Source of the DNA: Candidatus Poribacteria bacterium
GTDB lineage: Bacteria > Poribacteria > WGA-4E > PCPOR2b
NCBI GenBank assembly: GCA_965218095.1
Contig: OZ244587.1
Location: 5,824,001-5,888,000, forward strand
Direction of reading: 5' to 3'
DNA length: 64,000 nucleotides
The translations under genes were made by a program, and so were the position numbers. Shown here in pieces: positions 10,971-22,870 of the stretch (within the stretch, counting starts at the first letter, position 1; every line of letters starts with the position of its first letter). Under the pieces are notes generated by a model that saw only the letters and a program-made list of their open reading frames with translations, was not told where the DNA came from and searched no databases.

Positions 10971-11537
10971 ATGGCAGTTGCCCCCCCCAATTTGTTATCT
11001 AACGAATTACAAGGATTACTGTTAAAGATTGCGCGAGACGCAATTGAATCCCATCTCAGGGGCAGAATACCGTCGAAATTCCAGGTTTCGGAGACAAATC
11101 TTTTACAAAAATGCGGTGCGTTTGTCACCTTACACAAAGCAGGCAAGCTGCGAGGTTGCGTCGGTCATCTCGTATCCGACAAGCCGCTGTACGAGACGGT
11201 CGCAGAGGTTGCCGTTAGCGCTGCAACCCGAGATTCACGCTTCAATCGTGTTACCCTCCCGGAGATGTCAGAGATCAAACTTGGGATCTCTGTCCTGACG
11301 CCGCTTCAACGCCTTGAGCACATTGAAGAGATTGAGATTGGCGTTCACGGGTTGTATATCAGACATAGTGGACAAAGTGGTCTGCTCTTGCCACAAGTTG
11401 TGACGACATATGGCTGGAATCGCACCCAATTCCTCCAACAGACCTGCATAAAAGCGGGACTGCCAGAGAAAGCATGGCAAGAGCCGGAAGCGAAGGTTTA
11501 CCTGTTCCGTTCGCAGGTTTTTGGGGAGGATGTATAA
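10971..11537 (+). CDS. amrA: AmmeMemoRadiSam system protein A (AMMECR1 domain)
   Basis: GAFVTLHKAGKLRGCVG, RDSRF, ISVLTP, GLLLPQV, TCIKAGL. Confidence 0.92.
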   Translation: MAVAPPNLLSNELQGLLLKIARDAIESHLRGRIPSKFQVSETNLLQKCGAFVTLHKAGKLRGCVGHLVSDKPLYETVAEVAVSAATRDSRFNRVTLPEMSEIKLGISVLTPLQRLEHIEEIEIGVHGLYIRHSGQSGLLLPQVVTTYGWNRTQFLQQTCIKAGLPEKAWQEPEAKVYLFRSQVFGEDV

Positions 11538-11867
11538 AAAATGCCGTTATCATCGGCGCTCTGGGGCAATCGAACCCGCTGACTTTATATTCGATGGTCT
11601 TTCACCCACTACAGGAATCACGTAGCTCACAATCGCCTTGCCTTCGATCGCCTCCTTTTCTTCCCGCGCTTCACGCTTGCTGCGGTAATCAAACACAACG
11701 TAGTATCCCGATGTGACGCCTTCCAATTTGGGATATTCCGCCGATGGGACTCTAAAGCGATTGGAAGAAGGGAAAAGATGGGGAACAAGGAGAGGGGAAA
11801 AAGTGAGGAAATGAAAAGGAAAAAAGGAAGAATGGAAGGATGGAGGGAAATGCGAGGAGTGATGATA

Positions 11868-11900
11868 CACGCATCACGTTTTACGTTTCACGCATCACGC
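11868..11900. repeat. Heptamer tandem repeat family (CACGTTT/CACGCAT); related tracts near 3410, 10890, 18970, 19855, 25270, 27250, 31470, 51625 and 59590
   Basis: CACGCATCACGTTTTACGTTTCACGCATCACGC and inverse CGTGAAACGTGA tracts at gene boundaries. Confidence 0.7.
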
Positions 11901-12119
11901 AGCAGGTATTTTGTGTTCACATCGTCGCGACAGATGTGTTATAATGAACTTCGGCTAATCCGTGGATAGTAAAGACTGGAGAGCAGATTTTGCGGATTAT
12001 CATCCGCACGGATTATTTATCCGCGTAATCCTATGAGATCCGCGGTTCTTAAAACTAAAGATAGAAGAAAATGACGTGGAATGAGTATACAAGTCACCTC
12101 AGGTTTGGTGGAAAGAACC

Positions 12120-15100
12120 GTGCGTAACACCAGCCCCATCCTGTGGCTAATTTCCTTTTTCTCTGGCGCCTGCGGTTTGATCTACGAAGTGATCTGGGCT
12201 CGCTAGCTCATGCTGTTTTTCGGAAGTCCCGTGTTTGCTGTGATCACGACGTTGAGTGCCTTCATGGCGGGCTTGGGGCTTGGCAGCTTTTACTTTGCGC
12301 GTTTGGTGAATAGAGAAGGGCGCCCATTACGCCTGTACGCCTTCCTTGTAGCGGGTATCGGGTGCTTCGCACTCATATTCCCGTTACTGTTGAGTATCCT
12401 CAACGCGATCTGTGTCCTCGTCTATCGCGGACTAAATACAAGGTTCTATTCGCTTTCATTGATCCGGTTTGTCCTGTCGTTTCTCGTTCTGCTCATCCCA
12501 TCGACATTGATGGGAGGCGCACTTCTCGTTCTCAGTAAATTCTTCCTGGAAAGATTTGAAGGATTCAAAGTCAGCACCCTCTTCACGCTCAACACGCTAG
12601 GCGCAACGGTCGGTTGTATCGGCGCTGGCTTTTTCTTCATCCAGCTTTTAGGCCTTCAGAATTCTGTCTGCCTGGGCGCAGCGATTAACCTGGGTGTAGT
12701 GGGGATTGTTCTCGGTTTAGATCTACGGCAGAATTTGACCGAAGCAGGGGGGAAAGCAGATCCCGTTTTTTCAGAAGAAGGAATAGAAGATAAGCCATCG
12801 TGGCGGTTGGCGCGGTGGGGATTTGCCATCTCGGGATTCTGCGCTCTGGTTTATGCAGTCCTCTGGACGCGTATCCTTGTATCTTTCCTCAGCAACACGA
12901 CTTACGCCTTCTCGGTCATGCTAGCAACCCTACTTTTTGGCGGGGCTTTCGGGAGTTTTTTGTTTGCGTGGATTGTGCATCGGGTGAAGCCGCTCGTCAG
13001 CCTTTTCGGATTGACGCAGATTGGGATTGGACTATCTGTAGTCGTACTGATGCCCGCTTTTGGAGAACTACATGGCATCAGCAGAGGGATCCAAGCGGCC
13101 TTTGGGATGGGACGAATCTGGGAATTGGTCGCAGCCTTCATCCTGATGATCCTTCCTGCCATCTTGATGGGAGCAAGTTTTCCGCTGGTCACGCGGATTT
13201 ACACTATTAGCGAAGTGCGATTGGGGCGCAGCATCGGGGCAGTTTACCCATTCTACGCAATCGGTGCATTTCTCGGATCGTTGTGCACAGGGTTTATCCT
13301 GATTCCGCTAATCGGGGTACAGCCAAGCATTTTCTTGATGGCCGGGTTAAATACGATTATGGGCTGTACCTTAATCCTCCGGAATGAGGAGAAGTTACAA
13401 CTTCTCAGTGGGGCCGCAATTGGTGGAGCAATCCTGACCGGTGGGGTTGGGTTAATAGTGCTGCTCTGGGCGAATACACCTCTCTTCTTGAAAATCTTCT
13501 TGAAAAACGAAATATTTTGGACGCAACGTTCAAAATATACGTTGGTCGAGTATAGCGAAGCGGTTGATGCGAACATCATCACGCTGATGGACAATAAGGG
13601 TGTCCATCGGATGTATATTGATAATAACCAGGTTGCTAATACTTCCCGCTGGGTTTCTCCCTCGCATCGCGTCATTGCCCATCTCCCCTTGCTCCTTCAC
13701 CCGCGTCCGAAGCGTGCGCTCGTCGTTGGATTCGGCATGGGCGTCACCCCCGCTTCGATGGTGCAACACGGTGTGCGTGTGGATGTCGTCGAAAGTTCAC
13801 AGGCCGTCATCGAAGCGGCCCGTAAATACTTTCCCGACGCAAACGATAACCTCTTCGGCAATTCATTGTTCAATCACACACTCAATGATGAGCGAAACTA
13901 TGTCCTGATGACGCGGAATCGATATGACGTAATCTCCACGGGGATTATCCACCCGCTTGTAAGTTCGAGGGGGCCAACCTCTACACCGCGAATTTCTACA
14001 GATTGTGCAAGCGCATTCTGACGGAAGATGGTATTATGTGTCAGTGGGTGCCGCTTGACCGATTGCCGGAAGAACACTACAAGCGGATCGTGAGAACCTT
14101 TATCGAAGTGTTTCCGTACACAACGATCTGGTACAAATATACGCCAGACTTCGCCATCCTGATTGGTACTCCAGAGCAACTCAAGGTTAATTATAGGCGT
14201 TTTATGGAAAGAGCACAGATTCCAAGCGTTCGCGAAGACCTTGCGGGTAATGATCTGGATGGTATGTCACTGCTCGATTCATTCATGATGGGTGATACGA
14301 TTGTCCGACAATATGTCGGCAATGGCCCAATTCATATAGACAATCGTCCACGTCTGGAATTTTTCCGCTCCCAAGATCTCGTGAATACAACCTACAAAAA
14401 CCTTGAGGGGATGGTGAAATATCGCGAACGTGTCACGCCATATTTGACCAATTACGGACGCACGATGGCGGAAAAAATCGAGGAGAGAAAGAAGATTGAT
14501 CTTTACTTCAAGGCAACCCAAAGACTGATTCAGGGACAGATTGAATATGCCAAATGGCAGTATGAAAGGGCTGTTAGCTTGTTTAACCAGGCACTCACCA
14601 TTAACCCAGGTGATGAAACAATTCGATACAATTTTGAAGTTGCCATCGGATTGGTCCGTGAAGGGGAGCAAGATGAATTCAAGCAACTTGAGCAGGAGGT
14701 CAAGCGGATTTTACGAAGAGATCCGGAGGATGTGGAAGGGTACATTCACCTAGCGGTTATCCACGAAAGCCAGGGGAAATTGGTTGAAGCCACAGAAGCA
14801 CTTGAAGAAGCCCTCAAATATGCGCCGGCTCGACCGGATCTTTATGTACTGCTCGGACCGATTTATGAACGCCAAGAACGCTACGATGAAGCGTTGCGTA
14901 CTTATCAACGGTTTGAAAAATTAGACCCCAATCCCCCTTCTATCATTTTCACGGCTATGGCATCGATTTATCATTTTCATAAGAAAATGCTGCCCGAAGC
15001 CCTCAAATATGCGCAAAAGGCGTTGAGGGCTGATCCGAATTCCTGGCGTGTGCATGACCTGTTGGGCAATATCTATGCAGATAGGAATGAGGTTAAAAAG

Positions 15101-15307
15101 GCAATTGATTCTTTCAAGCAAGCAATGAAGTTCGCGCCGAATGAGCCGATGCCTCGTAGCGATCTAGCGCATATGTGTTTTGCCCAGAAGCGTTATGGCG
15201 AAGCGTTGAAAGCCATTGACGAAGCGATTCGTCTCGTCCCAGATGAACCATACTTTCAAGAACAACGCCGCCAGATCCAGGAGGCGATGATGTCGGACAA
15301 AAAATGA
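12120..15307 (+). pseudogene. Fused MFS-like/spermidine-synthase membrane protein with C-terminal TPRs, disrupted
   Basis: FSGACGLIYEVIWAR then TAG at 12204-06; ALVVGFGMGVT; frameshift at the G-run near 13970 (ANLYTANFYRLCKRILTEDGIMCQWVP continues in the next frame); TPR tail. Confidence 0.85.
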
Positions 15308-15396
15308 ACAAACGAGGAAATGGGACGCGCCTGATACTTCCATGTTCTCTGTCGCAGCGAGCATATATGTGATGACATACTGAAAAGGAGAATCCT

Positions 15397-16404
15397 ATGA
15401 AACTTGGAATTAATACCCATTTCATCATGAAATTTGGGTTTGAAGAGGGACTGAGATTTTGCCAGGACCTCGCGTTGAAGGCAGTCGAGGTCGCGGCAAC
15501 TGAATCCGACGCCAAAAGGTACTGCGATGTAGACAAATTATTGGCGGACGAAGGCGAACTTCACCGCTGGCTGGACGCCTACGCCAGTCACAGCCTTGAG
15601 ATTTATTCCTTCGCCGGCCACGGTGCGCCACTGTCACCGGACAAGGAGATCGCCGCCGAATACTCACACCAGTTTCGACAGGCGTGCAAACTGATGGAGC
15701 AGATTGGTGTCACGCGGCTGGCGTTGGTAGCAGGTTTGCCCGAAGGCGTCGAGGGAGATACCATCCCAAACTGGATTATCAACACCGACCAGCCCATCTT
15801 TCGTGACGCCTTGGAATGGCAATGGGAGAAGCGTCTCATCCCCTACTGGAAAGAGCATGGAAAGGTCGCCGCCGACCACGGCGTGACGCTGTGCTTCGAG
15901 ATGCAAGTCAACGACATGATCCATACGCCGGTCAAACTCAGGCGGCTGCGCGATGAGATTGGCCCGGTTGTTGCCTGCAATTTCGATATTTCACATATGT
16001 GGGTGCAAGGCATCGATCCGTTCGAGGCGATGCACTATCTGGGCGACCTCATTGAGAATGTCCATCTCAAGGACACGTTAATCCACGACCCCAATGCTCG
16101 GTTGCGCGGCCTATTCGACTCGACTAATCCGACTCAACCTGAGCATCGCTCTTGGGCATTTACCCTGCCGGGATGGGGTCATGACGAGCAGACTTGGCGC
16201 GAAGTCATCACGACACTGCGCTTTTTGGGCTACGAAGGCATTCTTTCTCTTGAGATGGAGAGTGAGTACATCGAGATTCAGGAAGGATTGGAAAAGACAG
16301 TGGCGTTCATCAAGTCGATGGTACTGGAGGAGCCGCAAGGACCGTCGTGGTGGCAAGTGACGGAGTTACATGAACGTTGGAAAGCGGCGAAGGCAAGGGA
16401 GTAA
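15397..16404 (+). CDS. Sugar-phosphate isomerase/epimerase (AP endonuclease 2 TIM barrel)
   Basis: LCFEM, NFDISHMWVQGIDP, VHLKD, GYEGILSLEME metal-binding pattern. Confidence 0.85.
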   Translation: MKLGINTHFIMKFGFEEGLRFCQDLALKAVEVAATESDAKRYCDVDKLLADEGELHRWLDAYASHSLEIYSFAGHGAPLSPDKEIAAEYSHQFRQACKLMEQIGVTRLALVAGLPEGVEGDTIPNWIINTDQPIFRDALEWQWEKRLIPYWKEHGKVAADHGVTLCFEMQVNDMIHTPVKLRRLRDEIGPVVACNFDISHMWVQGIDPFEAMHYLGDLIENVHLKDTLIHDPNARLRGLFDSTNPTQPEHRSWAFTLPGWGHDEQTWREVITTLRFLGYEGILSLEMESEYIEIQEGLEKTVAFIKSMVLEEPQGPSWWQVTELHERWKAAKARE

Positions 16405-16637
16405 TGTGTAGTTGTTCATTCCGAAGGTGGGGAAATTAAATGACCCTCCACAATCGCAGGGTCATTTAATTCTTGGATAAGTAAACGCCGATTGAGTATA
16501 ACGAAGTGTATCGAAATCCTTGGTGCTTTGCACCGGAGCCGATCTGTCGGTGCAGGCGTTGGTCTTGATATGACTTCGTCTACTCGACCGACGCCCAAAA
16601 GTGGGAAATTAAATGTCCCTTCACAACCCGAAAGTCA

Positions 16638-16666
16638 TTGACAACGCCAGATACCTTTGCTAAAAT
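16638..16666 (+). promoter_or_regulatory. Sigma70-type promoter upstream of nusB
   Basis: TTGACA-17 bp-TAAAAT. Confidence 0.65.
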
Positions 16667-16715
16667 TATGGGTAATTTGGGGGACGGAAATTCTGTGTAT
16701 GAACAGGTTAGCAAG

Positions 16716-17162
16716 ATGAGGCCTCGCACACAAGCAAGGGTGTTTACGCTTCAGATGTTGTATCAAGCAGAGATTACAAATGATCCGGTAGACTGCGTCC
16801 AGGAACGTTTCTGGCAGGTATGCGAAGCATCGGCAACCGTTAAACACTTTGCAAACCTTCTCACCGAAGGTGCCTCGAAACATCTTGCCACCATAGATCC
16901 AGCGATTCGCTCGGCAGCGACCAATTGGGAACTCCACCGAATGCCGGTTGTCGATCGGTGCATCCTGCGAAGCACAGCCTATGAGCTCCTTTACCTCGTT
17001 GACATTTCCCCGGCGGTTTCAATCAACGAGGCGATTGAGCTTGCCAAAAAATATAGCACAGAAGACTCGCCACAATTTATCAATGCAATTTTGGATAAGA
17101 TCAAAGACATGGGCGCTGAATTGGTAAGTTTAGAACATCTAACAACAAGTGGGGGTGAATAG
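16716..17162 (+). CDS. nusB: Transcription antitermination factor NusB
   Basis: RTQARVFTLQMLYQ, NWELHRMPVVDRCILR, SINEAIELAKKYS, FINAILD. Confidence 0.95.
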   Translation: MRPRTQARVFTLQMLYQAEITNDPVDCVQERFWQVCEASATVKHFANLLTEGASKHLATIDPAIRSAATNWELHRMPVVDRCILRSTAYELLYLVDISPAVSINEAIELAKKYSTEDSPQFINAILDKIKDMGAELVSLEHLTTSGGE

Positions 17163-18956
17163 TTGATAATATTACGCAAGGTATTTTGGGTGTTGATTGT
17201 AAGCCTGTTGATTCAACCTGTTGCCGATGCACATCGGGAAGTCAAATTTGTCCAGGAGTTTGGCGGAAAGGGCGAGCAGGAAGGCAAATTCGCTGAGAAA
17301 ATCTTCCTCGCCTTCGATCGGGAAGACGGGATTTACATTACGGACACCGAAAATTTTAGAATCCAAAAACTCGATACCGATGGGCATTTTCAATTTGAGA
17401 TCAAGACGACCGACCCGGATGGGTTCATCCTGAGAAATCCGATGGACATCACCGTTGGCAAAGACGGAACGATTTACGTCATGGATTGGATCACCACACT
17501 GGTGGCTGGCACTGAAAACCCAAAAGTCTTTAACTATGCACCTTGCATTCATCTATTCAATCCGGATGGTAACTTCATGGCAAGCTATTCCCTCCAGGAT
17601 TTAAGCAAACGGATAAGGTTGGTCGAAGGCGCCGCACCAGGGCTTGACGCCGAAGGAAAATACGCCCTCATCATCCCACAAGGGGATACCCAAAGGTCCT
17701 TCCTATTGACAGTTGATGACGAGGGGAACATCTATGTTTTCGATGATGGTGATATTTATAAACTCGACCCAAATGGTCAGCCTGTGGCGACTTTCACCGC
17801 TTTCCAACCCAGTGCAGGACAGTTGAGCAAAGCTGTGGATATGACCGTAGACCGTCAGGGAAACCTTTACATCGCGGATGAGGCGGCGCATCGCGTCCTG
17901 AAATATGATGCCAACGGTCAATTCTTGCTATCATTCGGTGAGTATGGCGATCGCGCGGGACAGTTTATTTCCCCCTTCCACCTCATCGCGCTTGACGACG
18001 GGACGATTCTTGTCGCGGATCGAGCCAAATATAAGAAGGATTACGCGTCGGATTTACCCAGAAGGCAATATGATCCGTTTCAGTTTGGTGCTTATCCCTA
18101 CCGTGTCTTCCGCACCCGCTTGAGGCGTGTTCAGCGATTCTACGCCGACGGAGAATATGCCGAGAAGATCCTGAGCCGTTTCCAGCGCGAGAACGAACAG
18201 CAAGCCCATCTCAAGCTCAAAGCCATTGACTACAGCGGCAACCTTTACTTCGTTGACACGGGAACCTTGAAGTTTAGGGTGTTCGCTCCAACTTCTCCAC
18301 TGATCTCTTCTGCATTTCAAACAGAAGTCAAATTGCGATACATCGCTGACGTTGAAGATATCGAAATAGACAACCAGGATGACCTGGATGCAAATCTTGG
18401 AACCAAAGCTGATTTTGATGAGCGGATTAAACAGTATCAGCTAGGTGCGGAAATCATGCTCGCTTATGATGTAAACGAAGATTTTCGATTCGAGATCTCT
18501 AACGATTTGATTTACCTGAAATACACTGACACAAGTTTCTTCCGAACGAGGGATTTCGAGGATTTCCGAGGACGTTTCAATCAGGACGATGAATCGACCC
18601 AAAAAATGTGGGAGGACCAGATCCAGATTGACTTTACCCTGATCCGGAATCATAATCCTTACCGTTATAGAACGGCCGGGGTGTTCGCCTACCTCAACGT
18701 CATCCGAAATGATTTCATCAACGATGCACTCGATCCAACCAACCGCCGATTCTTTGACTTCAGAGCGCGAATTTCCAGTTGGGGCGCAGGGATGCACTAT
18801 GACCTCGGCAAGGCATTTCAACTTCAGTTTATGGTTTCCCATTCCTTCGGCTTTAATGAGTATAGTTATATCGATGAAACCAATGTCCTGTATGCGACAG
18901 GCTTTATAGAGGGAGGCGGCACAATAGCACTTCTTAGCATTGATGGCGTATTTTGA
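17163..18956 (+). CDS. Secreted NHL-repeat beta-propeller protein with C-terminal beta-rich domain
   Basis: Signal peptide; NHL repeats (FGGKGEQEGKF...IYITDTENFRIQK, GNLYIADEAAHRVLKYD); C-terminus ends in Phe. Confidence 0.85.
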   Translation: MIILRKVFWVLIVSLLIQPVADAHREVKFVQEFGGKGEQEGKFAEKIFLAFDREDGIYITDTENFRIQKLDTDGHFQFEIKTTDPDGFILRNPMDITVGKDGTIYVMDWITTLVAGTENPKVFNYAPCIHLFNPDGNFMASYSLQDLSKRIRLVEGAAPGLDAEGKYALIIPQGDTQRSFLLTVDDEGNIYVFDDGDIYKLDPNGQPVATFTAFQPSAGQLSKAVDMTVDRQGNLYIADEAAHRVLKYDANGQFLLSFGEYGDRAGQFISPFHLIALDDGTILVADRAKYKKDYASDLPRRQYDPFQFGAYPYRVFRTRLRRVQRFYADGEYAEKILSRFQRENEQQAHLKLKAIDYSGNLYFVDTGTLKFRVFAPTSPLISSAFQTEVKLRYIADVEDIEIDNQDDLDANLGTKADFDERIKQYQLGAEIMLAYDVNEDFRFEISNDLIYLKYTDTSFFRTRDFEDFRGRFNQDDESTQKMWEDQIQIDFTLIRNHNPYRYRTAGVFAYLNVIRNDFINDALDPTNRRFFDFRARISSWGAGMHYDLGKAFQLQFMVSHSFGFNEYSYIDETNVLYATGFIEGGGTIALLSIDGVF

Positions 18957-19076
18957 TTTAAGGAGGACACGCGATATGTGATGGGTGCTACGTAACGCGT
19001 AGAAAACAAATGAGACAATGACGACGGCAGTTCAGGGTGGTTTTCTTGCCACCCTTTTTTGATATGAGGTAAACTG

Positions 19077-19847
19077 ATGAGAAAGGTGCGAATCGGCATG
19101 GTTGTGGCTATGCCGAAGAAGTGGTAAGTCGAAGAGAACTGGTCTGTTTTCGATGCCTTCGTTCGCCGCCATGCTGAAGATGATGTGGATATTTTCATCA
19201 CGCCTGAATGCTTCCTTGATGGATATGCTGTTACGGAGGAGAACTGGACAGTGGAGCGGTTTACACAGGTTGCCCAGACAATTGATAACAGCTCTTATGT
19301 GTTTGGGCTTAAAAGGCTCGCAGTCCACACGCACGCCCATATCGTATTCGGATTGACGGAACGCCAATCGACGAACTTTTATAACTGTGCACTGCTGATT
19401 GGCAGACGTGGAGAAATCATAGGGAAGTATTACAAGACACACCTTCAGAGCCATGATCTCCGCTTTACACCGGAGCGTGATTTACCTGTCTTTGAACTCG
19501 ACTGTGGTATTGCTGGGATAGCGGTTTGCGCGGATCGGCGCTGGCCAGAAACGATCCGGACGCTACGCGTGAAGAGAGCAGAGATCGTGCTGATGCCGAC
19601 TTACGGCGTGTGGTATCTCGACAATGAGTGGCGATCCTATGAGAACGAAATGTTTGTCTGCTTTGCACATCCGAATGTCGCACTGGTTACCAACCCCAGG
19701 GGACAAGTCAAAGCGAAATTGCAGTCAAACGTTCCGAGCGTATTGATCCGTGATATAGATCTGGACGAATTGACGACCAACATGCTGAAAGATCGGCGTA
19801 CTGAACTGTATGGGGTTCTGGGAGACACCACGATCCAGTTTGAGTGA
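19077..19847 (+). pseudogene. Carbon-nitrogen hydrolase (nitrilase family), in-frame TAA at 19125-19127
   Basis: E-K-C triad motifs TPECFL, YYKTH and VCADRRWPE; early stop after KKW. Confidence 0.8.
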
Positions 19848-19885
19848 CCTGATACGTGAAAAGTGATGCGTGATTCGTTGACTTT

Positions 19886-21550
19886 TTGAGTTGTCATCGC
19901 AATAGTAAGCTTAAAATCACCTTGCCACGAATAAGATTCCGCCCTTCTAAAAAACAGATTATTATCTTCAGCTTGATTGCCGGATTCCTGATCGTGGCGT
20001 CAATTATTTATCGCTTGACCTCCCTCTGGAAACCGGATCAGAGTTTGCTCGCCCTCGTGCCGGATGCCCCGATTTGCTATGTGAGCGTTAAAGATCTTGG
20101 CGGCCTCATCAAGACCTTTCAAGACAGCAAGGTTGGCAATCAGACCTCGCAGATGCCCATTCTTGCGGAGATCCAGAAGAAATTCTGGTGGCGACAGATC
20201 GTTTACCAGAAGCGGACGTGGGAATACGAAATGGGTGGGAAACTCGAACTCAAGCTGATCCGGGGCTATTTGGGTGAGGAAGCAATCTTGAGTTTTTACA
20301 AGCGCAACGACAAAATTTCATTCCTGCTGATCAGCGCTGTTGGGGCGAAAGAGAAACTCGAGATCGCAACGCTCACTGCAGCAGCCTCCGTCAATCCAAA
20401 TTACAAACGGCTCAAGGAGAATTATAGACAGCTGGACATCAACACCATCACAGGCTATCCGCGTGATTTCAGCTATGCCTTTGTCGGGAAGATCGGCCTG
20501 TTGACAACAGATAAGTCCTTAATTCAGGATACGATTGACATCTACGAAAAGCAAAAGCAAGGCTTTATCGATCTCCAGCCGATAGATAACTACCTGTACA
20601 AACAGTATAGCGCCGATCGGAATAGCGTTTATATCGATTTTTCGAGACTTCTCCAAGTATTGGTGATGGGCGAAATGCTCAAACCACTTTTAGACGGGGT
20701 CGATACGTGGACGTTCAGCAATCGCTACGAGAACAGCATTATCCGCTCCCGACACCGGATCGTCAAGAACACCACTTCGCAGCCCAAACAGTCCCCGCGT
20801 CTGATAGATAAAAACGTGCTTTCTATACTCCCGACAATGACCGCGTTCCTGAGCGTGAGCAACGACGAGGATCTCGCGACACTATGGAAACGCATCAACA
20901 CCAACCTACCCTTGCAGTATCAGCGAAGTCAGATCGACCTATCGCGCCATGTCGGATCTGGAATTGCGCTGGCACTGCTTGCTTCCCCGCCTGATGCACC
21001 GGTGCTAATACCGCCGATGCTCCTGATCTGCCCAATCAAAAATCGAGCGGGTTTAGAAGCGGATTTAACGCAACTCAAACAGATAAAGATCTCGCTCAAC
21101 GGCAATCCACTCCAATTCCATGCCTCACAAGATTATCAGGGCATCGAACTACAACCTGTACAACTCCGCTTCGGATTTCTGTTATCTCTCAAGGGTGGAT
21201 ACGCGCTCGTCGATAATTACTGGATCATCAGCACAACGCTTGGTGGGTTGAAGTCAGCCGTCGATGCGTTTGCCAATTGGGAAACCGCGTTGACCGGCAT
21301 GCCGCTTCCTTTCCAATTAGAATCCCCAGGCCATACCCACATCCTCATCCAGCCGAGTCGCTTTATTCCTGAGCTGAAACGCTTTATCCCACTGATAGCA
21401 GCCGCCTCCGGACAGAAGATTGATCCGGAACTGACGCGGCACATAGTGAATAATCTTTTCCCATTAGAAGCGCTTGGAACGATTACCGCTAACATTCAAG
21501 TTGAAGGCAATTTTGTAGACGCGGAGATTCACATTGTTCTCGAAGAGTAG
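19886..21550 (+). CDS. Membrane-anchored hypothetical protein (DUF3352-like)
   Basis: 554-aa ORF, N-terminal TM helix followed by LLALVPDAPICYV, internal duplicate ILPTMTAF. Confidence 0.65.
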   Translation: MSCHRNSKLKITLPRIRFRPSKKQIIIFSLIAGFLIVASIIYRLTSLWKPDQSLLALVPDAPICYVSVKDLGGLIKTFQDSKVGNQTSQMPILAEIQKKFWWRQIVYQKRTWEYEMGGKLELKLIRGYLGEEAILSFYKRNDKISFLLISAVGAKEKLEIATLTAAASVNPNYKRLKENYRQLDINTITGYPRDFSYAFVGKIGLLTTDKSLIQDTIDIYEKQKQGFIDLQPIDNYLYKQYSADRNSVYIDFSRLLQVLVMGEMLKPLLDGVDTWTFSNRYENSIIRSRHRIVKNTTSQPKQSPRLIDKNVLSILPTMTAFLSVSNDEDLATLWKRINTNLPLQYQRSQIDLSRHVGSGIALALLASPPDAPVLIPPMLLICPIKNRAGLEADLTQLKQIKISLNGNPLQFHASQDYQGIELQPVQLRFGFLLSLKGGYALVDNYWIISTTLGGLKSAVDAFANWETALTGMPLPFQLESPGHTHILIQPSRFIPELKRFIPLIAAASGQKIDPELTRHIVNNLFPLEALGTITANIQVEGNFVDAEIHIVLEE

Positions 21551-21624
21551 GGCGCCGGCTGGCAACCCAAATCGCAGCGTCCATTTGGCGCCTGTCCGAA
21601 TACCGCCAAAAGGTTCTTTCATCC

Positions 21625-22482
21625 TTACGATCGATTACTTTCTAGCTCCGTCATCATTCGCAGATTCAACAAAGGGGTCATGGTACCCCCCGCCGTTGGA
21701 ATCAATCGCCCGGTATCGTATATTTTCATCGCAGCGATGGCGGCATGGGCAACATCTTGTGGTTTTCCCGGCCGAAACATGAAGATGTATCCCTTCTTCG
21801 ACGCCTCTTCATAATCAGGGATACGCACACGAGCGAGATCGGTATCGATAACGCCAGCCTCAATGCCGTTGACTTTGATCCCTTTCTCTGCCAATCTCCC
21901 CGCGTAAACCTTCATGTCCATCTCCAGGCCGGCCTTGGAGATGCAGTAAGCAGCACGGTTATCAGAGGCAAGCGTGTCTGAAATGGATAGCGTATAAATG
22001 ATACACCCGCGAACCCCCTCAGCGATCATGTAATTCGCAACACGCTGCGTCAAAAAATGTGGGGCTTTGAGATTCGTATTGATGATGGCGTCAAAATCCG
22101 CTTCAGACTCTTCAAGGAGATCGGCAATCCGCGTGATGCCTGCATTGTTGACGAGAATATCGACTTTCCCAAAGGCATCAAGCGTGGTATCAAGCAGCTT
22201 CTGATGTTGCTTGAGATCGCTGACATCTGCCTGCACGATAACGGCTTTCCGACCAAGCCCTTCAACCTCACGCCCCACCTCCTCTGCGGCCTCACGGTTA
22301 CGGTTGTAATTGACGAGGACATCCGTTCCCTGACGTGCGAGCTCAATGGCAATCGCCCTGCCGATTCCCCGACTCGAACCGGTGACAATCGCGCTTCTGC
22401 CTTCAAGTGAAACGTCTGTTGCGAAAAAACCAAGATCCTGATTTGATGGCACATCCTCTTCCTTTTCAATTTTTGTGTTCAT
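21625..22482 (-). CDS. SDR family oxidoreductase
   Basis: TGSSRGIG, NNAG, YCISK. Confidence 0.92.
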   Translation of the reverse strand: MNTKIEKEEDVPSNQDLGFFATDVSLEGRSAIVTGSSRGIGRAIAIELARQGTDVLVNYNRNREAAEEVGREVEGLGRKAVIVQADVSDLKQHQKLLDTTLDAFGKVDILVNNAGITRIADLLEESEADFDAIINTNLKAPHFLTQRVANYMIAEGVRGCIIYTLSISDTLASDNRAAYCISKAGLEMDMKVYAGRLAEKGIKVNGIEAGVIDTDLARVRIPDYEEASKKGYIFMFRPGKPQDVAHAAIAAMKIYDTGRLIPTAGGTMTPLLNLRMMTELESNRS

Positions 22483-22499
22483 TTACTTCTCCTTGCGTT

Positions 22500-22870
22500 T
22501 CATCGAAGCGATGAAGTGCATTTTGGAGTTCTTCTTCACTCGGTAGTTTGAATTGATATTGCGGAACAAAAATATGCTGTGACATTCCTCCCAAGGCATA
22601 GCGAATCACCGACTCATCCTTGTCTTTGCACAGCACTATTCCAATTGGATCGTTTTCGCTATCGAATCATTCCGTTTCACGCCAGTAATTGAGGTACATG
22701 TTCATCTGTCCTACATCCACATGAGTGAACTTACCGATTTTCAGATCGATCAACACAGAACATCGCAATCCACGATGGAAAAACACCAAATCAATGTAAT
22801 AATCCTCGTCTCCAATTCGGACACGCTTTTGACGTTTTTCAAAAGGTAAACCCCGCCCCAAGTTCCACAT
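22500..22870 (-). pseudogene. YhcG/DUF1016 PD-(D/E)xK nuclease, C-terminal remnant
   Basis: RQKRVRIGDEDYYIDLVFFHRGLRCSVLIDLKIGKF...GQMNMYLNY; after a stop, DPIGIVLCKDK continues. Confidence 0.8.

Noticed and set aside
11550-11969. Low-complexity ORFs (FPFHFL / GRMEGWREM)
   Set aside because: These are translations of purine-rich and heptamer intergenic repeats
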